Assembly: GCA_965644295.1 (NCBI GenBank)
Contig: CBFFRP010000385.1
Coordinates: forward strand, 1-45,615
Direction: 5' to 3'
From: Paraphysomonas bandaiensis
Lineage: Eukaryota > Protista > Chrysophyceae
DNA length: 45,615 nt
Position 1 is the first letter of the stretch; every line of letters starts with the position of its first letter. The notes beneath the pieces are model-generated. The model had not been told where the DNA came from. It was given only the letters and a program-made list of their open reading frames with translations, and did no database searches. Shown piece after piece: positions 12,574 through 23,582 of this stretch. Position numbers and translations under genes: made by a program.

Positions 12574-14340
12574 TGTTGTATACACGCTGTACATGGGATA
12601 CACTGCAGTAGCACTCGCTCATCTAATCAGCCATATGTAACATACACGCCCCTTCATATGCTGTATGTATCATACAATAACTGGCACTGAGTTGCACACC
12701 TCTGCTGTCTTATCTATAGAAGAAATGTGGCTCATTGAGATTGTGTGATGCGAGTAGATGAGACCGCACACATAGGTTACATTTGAGTGCTCAATGAAAC
12801 AGACCTGACTATATGCCTATATATCATTGAGCCTGTATGATTGTTTAGTATAACCTAGATAGCAGTTTCGGATCGCCGTGTCTTCCTCGAACAATGATCT
12901 GCAGGCTTTACCTTCGTTACTAGTTCTATATTTCTACTAGGGTCGCCAAACTACCACCACAGATCACACATATAGTTTTCACATCTTATATCATATGGAA
13001 ACACAATTCTTCTTGGAACAAAATGGGTTGAAGTTGACAAAAGCATTGGTTCTTTCCGTTTGGCCATCAGTAATAGTTACATCTCCAGTTTCCAATCGAT
13101 TAAACAACTCATCGTGCTTTGAAAACATGCCATTACCATTAATGCTTACCAGGTCCTGCTGTAGATTAGTCCTCAAAAGGACCTGTTGTATCACAAAATG
13201 CGTGAAAGTTTCTAATTTTCCTGGATATAAGAATATGGTTTAGGGTTAGGGGTTATACTGCACTCATGTTTATGTATTTACAGTATGCATAGCATAGTAT
13301 TACCTTATTTCTAAGTTGTTAAGTAAAGTAGAATACGTAATTCGTAAGTATTGATGCCCAGGGTCATGCAAATCTGCTAAAGCTCACCTAGGTGGTGTTT
13401 ACTCATTTCATACTCTTAACTCACTTCAACTGCACCATCTATATTGCATCATACAGTAGAACTCAGCACTATATATATAATAAGTTCTAACAGATATGTG
13501 CTCACTCTTTGAAAGCATTGAGGGTAAAAATCATAACAAGGCAATATTTTTCCAACCATATCTGTGATACTTCAAAGAGTGTAGATTGGCTTAAAGCATC
13601 ATTTTCATCAGCTGTTGAATTCAATTTAGAAGTCGTACGACCTATATGAAAGCATTGCCATCGGCTTCCGAAAACGTATGGATTCTGCTCAATTCATCTA
13701 GTATTACTGGGACCATAAAAGTTTGGATACACTAAAAGTCGAGTTCTGCAAACTTCCGCTTGCTACAAAAGAAGTTTGAAGAATCAACATCAGTGTATCC
13801 AAACAATAACAGCGCAACCGCCACGCTGCCCATTTTTAACACACGCTCTCTCTCGGTATGCAACATAGCCATCATAACAACACAACCACCACACGATACA
13901 ATATAAATACATTCTCTCGGCATGCATCCTAACCATCGTAAGTCTGAGGTAATACCGAAATCTGGTAAAGCAATTTCACCAGGTTTCATATATATGCATT
14001 GAGTTATTATTTTTACTGTAATTTGTATCTGAGAGGTTAAAGATAAAGAAAAAAGTCGCAAGTATAGTTGTTATTAGCGAGTATTTGTTGCGTTAAAAGT
14101 TGGCCCTGCTGTTGTTACTTGTGTTTTGTAATATCATATTCTCATATAGCTACATCTGCTTCAGCTTGAGGACTTCAAACGCTCCAACCGAATAGCCTGA
14201 TTTTGAATACATTGCATAAGCATATAGCTATCTTTACCACTACTACTTACAGTAGTATTGGTACCTATGCTCGGAAACGACGCGGCAACGGCCAGCTGGA
14301 GGCACATTACACTAGTAGGTGGAGGAGTGCTTAAGCAGTT

Positions 14341-14640
14341 AGTACAGAGTGTATAGTAACAACGCACAACAATAACCAGAACAATACCGCATAAGTATAC
14401 AAAATACGACCCCCGTCACCATCTTTATGAACAGTATTACCCACCCACGCTCGTGAGCTTTCGTGGTATCTCTTCCTCCGCCTCCGGGTCGTCGTTGGAT
14501 ATTTCGCCACGAATGTCGACGAAATTCTTCTTCCCGTTGCACTTCTCGTACACCACATCATACATACACAGTACAGTGTATAGTAACAACGCACAACAAT
14601 AATCACAACAATACCGCATATATACGAAATACGACCCCGT
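14341..14640. repeat. Pair of ~72-bp direct repeats (14341-14416 and 14570-14640)
   Basis: Both contain GTGTATAGTAACAACGCACAACAATAA...ACAATACCGCATA...AAATACGACCCC. Confidence 0.85.
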
Positions 14641-15589
14641 ATACCACGCAACCACCACACTTCACACTGTAAACACACTATCTTAACATGTATCCTAACC
14701 ATCATAACAAGGCAACTAAAACAAATAATCGCATGACTGTGGTACAGTAGTTAGTGTGGGGTACACAGTATCACTATGCATTATGAAGATTTCACATTCA
14801 TTTTTTGTATAATATGCCTACATTTAGAAGAGATGATTGGCTGAGTATACTGACGATTACTCGTTTCTTCGTTGAATGGGAGTGTTGTAACACGTATGTA
14901 GTTTTAAAATAGAACTGTAGTATACGCTAAACGGTAATACGACTCGTGAGAAGTAAAATAGGATCATAGCGATTCAAGATACGGAAGTTTATCTGTGGTT
15001 GCTATCAGAATGATGAAATTACGTTGGTGACGTGTTTTATACGCAATGACACAATTGTATGAGCAATAATAATAAATCTATCTAGGACTAGTCTGATTAC
15101 TTAACTTTTCTTTAACGATCTAACTGTAAATAATGACCAAAAAGTCAATATACAATATACTAAACTGATTATTTTGCATAATTTAAGCGATTAATTTATT
15201 GTTTAACACCTTAGTATACGACTTTATAGTATATACGATTGAACATTAGGACTCTCTGTGAAATCATAATATAGAATGTAATGTATGGATAATTCTGTTC
15301 TATAATTTCGGTTTTCGTTACTCTGACAAACTCTAATACGTTAAAATGACAACAATCTTCATCAATAGTAATCGACTGCACTCCTTACTAGGTTACCAAA
15401 GCAACCAACGTGAAGTGCCCAACAAGACATAAATTACCACGCATAAAAACGATATATATAATCGACATTGCGTGATATGTTTCGATCATCGAGACCATTA
15501 TTTTGTGCTATAAATAATAAAAGACATACACTACATAGATATAATTTAGAACTCAACAGTCCACAATAATGTGAAATGAAACCAATCAA

Positions 15590-18500
15590 CTACATACTTC
15601 TTTGCCTCACTGCACTATGGGCTGGAATAAGACCATTTCGTTTTTTCTTTTGCAAGTACCGAAAGTATATCCATTCTGCTAAGAATAGTCTGATACATAC
15701 CACATCAAAAACAAATATTTAATAAACAACAGAAAAGACCTTTGCGAGTTTTTCTCAATGTATTCATTTCTGAGTTTGTCAACATATGACGCAAAGAGTT
15801 GAGTATGAGACCACACTGTCTTGGAATTCCAAAATAGAACGCTGGTGATCAAGAAACCATTGTGGGTAGAAATCAAAATCACCTGTCGACGGATCGTAGG
15901 TACTGCAATACAATATTAGTCATCAAAATAAGTAGATATCCATTTTTACATACCCGTACTTACGCCAACCATCGGCAACGACCAAATCGCCACAAAACAT
16001 CTAGTTGTGTTGTTCAATGACCTCCCGTACCTCTTTCAGTGTTGAGCTTCTCCGTCAAACTAATGTCATAAAGAAAAGAGGAGAGTTGGAGATTTTTCTT
16101 GTCGTCTGCTAACCTAGATGAGAACACTTTCGCGGCGTTATTGAGAGTTGCTCGTAACTCCTGGTCTAGTGGCATCATCACAGATATATCAGGCATGGTT
16201 AGCACTTTGTCACATTTTGAGTGGGCTTCATTAAAATCAAGAATTTTGTCTAGGTTTAAAACAGCAGCTGAATTGGCAACAGTAGACAGTTCAAAGTCAC
16301 AACAAGTACCCACAACAAAAGGAACGGGAGCTTGAAGTATTTCAACTGCATTCGCAGGGACTAACGGAACAAAAACTCCCTGCCACGTAAAAGGTGCTAG
16401 ATACCCAACGACAGCAGTGGCAACAGCTGTCACCATACTAACATTAGTTCCAAAAACTATTAATGATTTCTCTAGCACGAGAAGGTTGAGCACGCTTATT
16501 ATCGTGGAGGGATTCATTATAGATAAGACAACCGCACTGGCCCATTCCTACACATGCATGAATATGTGAGTTCTGGTGCATACATATCAGTTCATATACC
16601 TCCATAGTAACCGACTCCGAAGGTAGTATAATCTTTCTCTCAAGGTATGACGGAAACGAAAGTCTAATTTCCTTATTAATCACACCGGTAATCATGGGAT
16701 GGTGTTGAACATATTCGAGAAACTTCCTGCGGCAGGACCTGTGTTCTTCAGTAAAACACTCCCCTCCTACTCCATAGTCTGGGCCTTGGCAGAGCCCCGC
16801 GCTAGGGATATGGAGCTCATTCCTGATGACAGGCGATGCAGGCGATTCGAATCCGCTTCCTCGGTGACAGATGGCAGCGGTCTATTGCAACCCTCCCAAC
16901 TCATTGCACTCAGACTAGATATTGAACTCTCACAGCTGAATCGTGACTCAATTCCATCATTACACCACATTAATGCGTTGCACTGTTTACTCTCACGTTT
17001 CGCAATCTCCTCAAGTATCTACCAACATATAGGTAATCATACACAGATTAGTAGCCATATTCAGAGGAATGTACCTGGAATAATTTAGAGTGCATGGGCT
17101 GCGCACTTAAAATACAGTATGCGCGTTGGGTAACGACATACTGCACAGTCGCCCTTCCAGAGTGTCTCTTTGGCAATTTTGATGCGGGAATTCCGTCCTG
17201 AAGAATTGAAGTGGACTGACCCGGAGAACGACGCATTCGACTCTGACAATGATTCTGACACATCACTATCACCGTCCATGATGTCTAGGGCTCTCTCAAA
17301 GTACTTATGAGTCTTTTTCGGTGATTTCGGAGATTTGTCCTTGTGTAGTCGGGATTGAACTGTGTCCTTAAGCTTCGATAACGTTGCGCCGAATTTAGCA
17401 CTCTTCGATCGTTCAATTACACCTACTTGCTTCCCGTTGAGAACAAGAGCCGTCTGTGTTGGTGTTGTCAGAAAGTGGAGGTTTAACCGACACATATCCC
17501 ACTATCGCTCCAGCTTTATTGGTTATTTCGCAGGCGGTACATAGAGCGACATTTTCGCACAGCGAATCGCATGAATCGTTTCACAACATAGGCACAACGT
17601 TCAAGACGTTCCAAATAAGACAAGGCTGCAATCGTATTCGCGTGTCGCTCTCTATGTAGTGGTATTGCATCAGTCACTATTAGACAACATGCATAAGTGG
17701 GGGTGCCGAACGAGTCAGAAAATTGGAGAACAGTGTATTGATCCCGTCGCTTCCTGCACAAAAGTTCAGCATATCGTTTCGACTCTGTCATATGCAGAAA
17801 AACTCCTGCAGGAAATGCAAAATCCGCTATGCAGTCAATAAATGGTTGATTTTGTCTGGGAAAGTTGTCCAGAATAGCAGCTGGTTGTGTCGATCCCATC
17901 TGTGGCTTTTCAAGTCCCGTGAGAACTTCACGCTTCACACCCACAATGCAGAACTCCATAAAGTTACAGTTTATATCGGCGTCTTGTAGAGGTTGATTAA
18001 TACTGAGCCTCATGGAATTGATGGCAATATCGATGCTCTGTCTTTGGGAACCTACATAACTATCATAGGCGGGAGGAAGAAAGCTCCGTCGAGCTCCGTC
18101 TTTGTCTGTCCAGTCAAGAGAAACTCTATTCGCCAGTGAAAATCGCCCAGCCCCAATAGATTGCCGTATACTTTTCCGATGCGGTTCTACAGAATGTGTA
18201 GAATGTTCACCAAATGATGGCGGCCTGCATTTCGATGAGATTTTCATATTTGAACTGTTTTCTCTAAAAATGTGTTTTATCTCCGTAATTCCGAAACATT
18301 CTAGTTCTAAGCCTCCATCGCTCCCAAAATCAATATTGACGTATCCAACTTTATTGTTTTCGTCACTACAGGAGTGGATTTCAATGTCTGGATTATGATT
18401 TCTAATGGTGTCTAACAGTGATCTATTCTGCCGCTCTAATTGCAACGCGCGCTCATTCAAGGATTCAATGCAAAGGTGTCCCAAACACCTCTGAATTTTG

Positions 18501-18811
18501 AGATTTTGTATTTCCAACGCACAAATTTGTGTGAGAACCAAATCTATATTAAGAGGAGCGTTACCCTCAGAAGCAATGGTGTTTGGGGACTCGGTGACAT
18601 CTTGAGCCGACACTGCAGCAGAAGACTCACGCATTACTTCCTGCTGTGGTGGGCGAGTTGGGGTTCTGCATGTCGTTTCAGTCGAAATCACTCGCTTACA
18701 CACCAATTCCTTTCGGGGGCTCTCTAACTTGACGAGAGAGGACGGTGTTCTGCATAAGTCTACACCTGATGGTGCTGTACTAACAATAATGTCGTTGAAG
18801 GGGTTTTGCAT
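15590..18811 (-). CDS. DENN-domain protein (putative Rab GEF), multi-exon, with some frameshifts around 17.1-17.5 kb
   Basis: uDENN FMEFCIVG...IADFAFPAG...YACCL, then RAYCILS, core LLVLEKSLIV...YLAPFTWQGVFVPLVP...ILQAPVPFVVG and dDENN TQLFASYV. There is an N-terminal coiled coil. Confidence 0.9.
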
Positions 18812-19514
18812 GGTTAACTGCACAGATAGAGAAGATCAATGATTGGCCCTCATAATCCAGAAGACTTTGATGTAAGCAGAATGTAACGATAGCCAGGGCA
18901 TCTTTCAGTTGGTCAGTTGAAGGAATAATTGATGCCCAGGCGATCGTATTGGCCACCTACCACCCCATGCATCCTAACCGTCAAACCTGCAGCTGTCATA
19001 TATTGCGGTATACACAGCTGTACAGCAGCGTAGGGGGCTGTATACAATATTCCGGACAGGAAAAACCCACCGAAGTGTGTAATTGGAAACCCCAGTTTTT
19101 ATTGGATTGTGTGATTAGAATTACACAGGAGGAAAACATCACCCATCAACAGCGATTTTGAAGATCTGTGCTTGCAACACGGCGTCGGAAAAAACTGGAG
19201 TTTTCTTCATGCTGTAGGTGGACAAATGAGTATTTTATGAGATACTACATGCCAATATCCCGATTTTTGATCTTAAATTTCAGTAAAATCAGTATAGAGA
19301 AGTATACGTTATGTTGATATTCAACACTGAGAGTCGTGGTAATACTGTGGAATACCGAATACAGTTACGAAATATCATACGCCAGTGTGGTGTCTGTATT
19401 CCTCAGTACACTGTTTGCATCATGACACTGATGCGATGCGAGCAAACTTCTGTAGCACTTAAGTCAGCGTCCAGGTTCATAAACTGGCGCTAACTTTTTC
19501 ATCGTCGCGATTTA

Positions 19515-19979
19515 ATGAGCTCTCCTTCACCTCCCAAATCGAGTTTATTTAAAAACGGAGATATCCCTAAGATAGATTATTGTGATGTGCTGCTGAAGGG
19601 GTTCCTAACGAAACAAGGAGGCAGTTGGAAGTCTTGGAAGCGCAGATTTTTTGTACTATCTGTGGATGGAGTTTTAAACTATTATGAAGATGAAATGATG
19701 ATGAAACCGAAGGGTTCACTGAACTGTCGTGATGCAGAAGTGTATCAGGTGACGGATCAAGGTGAGTTATGCTTCGAAATAGCAACAGAAGTATTAAAAT
19801 CTGACTCTGGACGCTGTCTAAAACTTCTGGCTGAAAGTGAAGAGCAAATTATTGAATGGATGCAGGCAGTGCGCGCGGTGTCATGCTTATATGGAGATTC
19901 TACTGCGGCTACTTCAGAACCCGGTCAAGATAGTCAAAAGGCGCAATTCGGAGGGATCGATTCAGACCCACTGTGCTGA
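19515..19979 (+). CDS. Single PH-domain protein
   Basis: LKGFLTKQGGSWKSWKRRFFVL...LNYYED...PKGSL...LLAESEEQIIEWMQAV. Confidence 0.93.
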   Translation: MSSPSPPKSSLFKNGDIPKIDYCDVLLKGFLTKQGGSWKSWKRRFFVLSVDGVLNYYEDEMMMKPKGSLNCRDAEVYQVTDQGELCFEIATEVLKSDSGRCLKLLAESEEQIIEWMQAVRAVSCLYGDSTAATSEPGQDSQKAQFGGIDSDPLC

Positions 19980-20594
19980 ACCTATCAGTGTTTGAGCTTT
20001 ATATGTATATTGCAGCTTGATTGTTGTGAAATGTGTGAGAGATATAATGCTTATATTTCAATCCGTCTAATATGGCAATTTTTTTGTTTTGTTGCGTTGG
20101 AGATAGTGTTATATATTCGTAAGTTATAACTCTGTAGTCTTGATTTGTAAAGCCGATTATTTTTCTCCTATTCTTGAAGCTTTTTTGAATTGAATGAGTC
20201 ATATAGGTGAAGTAAGCCATTTTTTTATTAACCACCACACGGATATTTTATATAGTAAGTAGTTAGCTATAGTATTTACTCTCTACTTTAAGGTACGTAA
20301 ATTAAGTACCACATACTTACATATAACTTACATTTGCCACAGACAATACTCATTTTAGCTGGAAAGAACTATTTACGAGTCATAATAGCACTCTGCTACT
20401 TCATGTATTATAACCTGAAACCTGAATTCATACTTCATGAGTGAGGTGTAAGTTACCTATGTTTGGCACTATGCTTTATAGTTATCGAGAAAAAACGCTC
20501 TCCGATTATTTCCACCACTTTTTTGTTATATTTAATTGGTCAAAGAAACATAGCAATGCTAGAATAGGAATAGCTGCCGTTCACACACTTGCAT

Positions 20595-21861
20595 TCACTT
20601 TCTAACTTGTCTATTCATGCGCACTGAATTGACATTCCACTCCATCTTTGTTCTCTTCACAGGCATGATTCTTCTCATAGCTCGGAAGGTCTCGTCGTTC
20701 ATGTTGGCATACATATCTTCTAGGCCACCCTGTAGATCACCCTCTGACGCCTGTAGTTCCTCAGATTATAAAAACTATAAAATAACACATGCTTTCCATA
20801 CTTACATTGATATGGGAAACAATTTGAGAGGCAAATTCACCCTCAGAGGAGTACGTGAAGCTTGTGCTTGGGGCCTGCTTAGTCGTTTGCAACTGGACAT
20901 TGCCATCCTCGAAATAATGCGCATGGACCTATATGTAGGAGTTAGACTTCGAACGAAGATTGTACTTGCACGAAATAAACTAAAATTTCAAAGAGCACTA
21001 TTTATACCTTAATGTCACCACTAATGGTTGCCTGCCCTGGGCTGAAGGTAATATTCCATGATGAGGTCCACTTGCCACTCCAGAAGTTTCTCAAATTCGG
21101 CCTCTCACCAGAAACGACAGCAATTATGTTCCCGTCACGGCAAAATACCCCGGCTGCTGCAGTCTCTGTCACAAACCTGTAATGTTTCCAGATTAGCAAC
21201 ACATCACCGTCTCGCTAGTATGTATACCTTGACGCGACGTAATCGTCAAGCGCTGACTGCAGGGCAGCGCGTTCACCTTCCCTAGAACTGTCTTGATTCG
21301 AGGGGGACGAGTCCTCCAGAGTTGTCTGTTACATGAACAAGAACATTACAAAAAAGTGTATAATAATGACAATATATATCGTACCAAAGACAAATGATCT
21401 ACGGCAAATGGGGCACCAGTCTTGGAGTCCACATAATGTGTGGGGTCAATTTCGCCAGCTGAAGCGAGCACAACCTTATATTTAAAGCGTAATGTATCAT
21501 GACAACATATCGAAACATATATATTAGAAACCTTGTTTCCACTGGGTGCTGAGACCACCTTGTTCGTTTTCGTATTGTAAGCTCTTGCGATTCCTGCAGC
21601 TAGTGGTTCCCCAAGAAGCCCGTCAGGGAGCAGTTTTCTCACATCTACCCACACAACATAAGCTGTATAAAACAAATAATTGCATTTCGAGACCAGATAA
21701 TATTTCTTGAAATTGTCCGGGCGGGCTTGAGAGTAGAAAGTGCTGTGCAATTTGAAGCTTCTCTTCATCAGTGATCTGCATATCGAAAACAAAACATAAC
21801 CACAACATATAAGAGCACTGAGACTAGTGACCTCCTCTACTTCATTTTCCTCGTCTGACAT
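20595..21861 (-). CDS. CAPZA: F-actin capping protein alpha subunit, multi-exon
   Basis: EEKLQIAQHFLLSSPPGQFQEILSDVRKL, IARAYN, NLRNFWSGKWTSSW, AHYFEDGNVQL, AMRRIMPVKRTKMEW, with short GT-AG introns. Confidence 0.95.
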
Positions 21862-22333
21862 TATAAAAATAGCAGCTCTTAATCGATCTGGAAGCTTATT
21901 GCACCACGATCAATATTTGCAGTATGTTAAGAGGGGCACAAAGCCTCGACAAGTTTTTACACACATACACTGCAGTATATGTATGCATACACAGCCTAAC
22001 AGAGATATGTGTACACAGACATACATACATATAAAATACCATCATACCGACATACATATCGCAGTGACAAGATCAGACAGGAGGAGTACCAGATTGAAGC
22101 TTGGGAATCTTAAATGGTCGCCCAATAAAGTACTGAACTGAAAACTCAGTTGGTCTACCGCAGTATTTTGTACACGATATACAGCAGTGTATACCGCTAC
22201 TACATACTGCACGTCCATAGGAGTATGTATGTATATGGAAGTCACATACATAAGCCCCCCATATATATGTACATATAGCTACATATAGCACTCTATCACC
22301 AGCACAATCTCATGCCACTAGGCGTATAGTGTG

Positions 22334-22678
22334 ATGTCGAGCGTAGACGATGTTCAGGATGGATTCGACTCACTAATGCGTGCAGTGTTCGAGGCTGTTC
22401 ATTACAGAGGAGCACAGAGCGATAGCGAACTCATGTCTGCAGAGGTGACGAATCAGTTAGAGTCCATATGTAAAACTATCGATAACCTTAAAGGAGCTAA
22501 TCGAACACCTGAAGATCAGGAACTAGAGATAAACTCTCTCTCTGAGAGGCAAAATGACACAATACAGCAGATAGAGGAACTAGAGAGGAGCCTGTGCGAG
22601 TTAGAGGCCAAGTGCGACGTAGAGTTAAATGAGTTACTCTCTACCTCAACGAGTGATGTAAAGGGACTGGGACACTGA
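22334..22678 (+). CDS. MED21: Mediator subunit 21 (SRB7)-like
   Basis: Size, N-terminal VQDGFDSL helix, IDNLKGANRTPEDQ..I..L motif (cf. IDSLPG...EEQ) and C-terminal coiled coil. Confidence 0.65.
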   Translation: MSSVDDVQDGFDSLMRAVFEAVHYRGAQSDSELMSAEVTNQLESICKTIDNLKGANRTPEDQELEINSLSERQNDTIQQIEELERSLCELEAKCDVELNELLSTSTSDVKGLGH

Positions 22679-23095
22679 AGAGTTTGTTATAATTTATTGA
22701 TTCATTATTGACGCATTAATTTCTAATATGTAATCATTATAAATATTTTCATGGTGCAGATGGCAATACGAGAAAGTTAATTCACGTCGTCACTTTTTTT
22801 TTGTAGTATTGTCATGAGTATTGCAAATCAGTATGTCTTTGCAGTTACCATTTCACACACCAAGTAAGAGTGGCAGCGTGGTGGTATCTAGATATTGCTC
22901 AGTCTCTATATATATGTATAGCTTTATATTTTATAGTGGTGAACCTAGAACCTAGTATATAGTACATAGCGCTTAACCGTATATGCACACCTAATATGGT
23001 TTTGAAGAATGAACATTGACTGTTAAGTGGAGAGTGTATAGCTAAAAGTACTAAACAAAATATCTGAAGTTTAAACTAACTGAGTCAGGTTTGTG

Positions 23096-23416
23096 TATTG
23101 ACTAAAGACCATTTTCAGATGATTAAGATCGTTGTAAGAGAAGTTTAAGTTAGTCAAACTAGATAGATTACTTTATTATGATTGTATACACAATTGTGTG
23201 TGTTGTCATGTAGCACATGTCAACAACATGATAAATTATTTCGTTCATGTTAACCACTGCTCAACTTCCGTATCTTGAATCGTCATGATATAATACTTCA
23301 GTTTCACAGTTATAGCTATATAGCACCTTTTGACTATTGACTACGTATTACTGTTTTTCACATTGTATTTAACGTATTCTACAGTACTATCTTAGAGAAC
23401 CATACGTATTCCAACA
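23096..23416 (-). repeat. 3' LTR
   Basis: Identical by eye to 28285-28605. Minus-strand ends are TGTTG...CAATA. Confidence 0.97.
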
Positions 23417-23425
23417 CTCCTCCTC
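23417..23425 (-). other. Polypurine tract
   Basis: GAGGAGGAG lies immediately 5' of the 3' LTR on the element strand. Confidence 0.85.
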
Positions 23426-23582
23426 AATGTAGAAACGAGTAATCGTCATTATACTGCAGCTATATATATCATCTAGTCATCTTAGGATAAAACGGATGTG
23501 AAAATCTTCATAAAGATACTGTGAACATCACACTTCGCTGTAACACAGTTATGTGGGATTCTTACCCACTAAAAACACACCC

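Noticed and set aside
13239-13253. TTTAGGGTTAGGGG telomere-like motif
   Set aside because: Only two units, which is compatible with chance.
12800-13800. Possible multi-exon minus-strand gene
   Set aside because: Coding-like fragments are present, but there is no recognisable motif or consistent exon chain in this error-rich region.
14341-14640. CRISPR-like repeat-spacer arrangement
   Set aside because: Only two long imperfect repeats with a ~150-bp gap, no cas genes and a eukaryotic context.
16840-16860. GATTCGAATCC resembling a tRNA T-loop
   Set aside because: Lies within DENN coding sequence and no cloverleaf can be formed.
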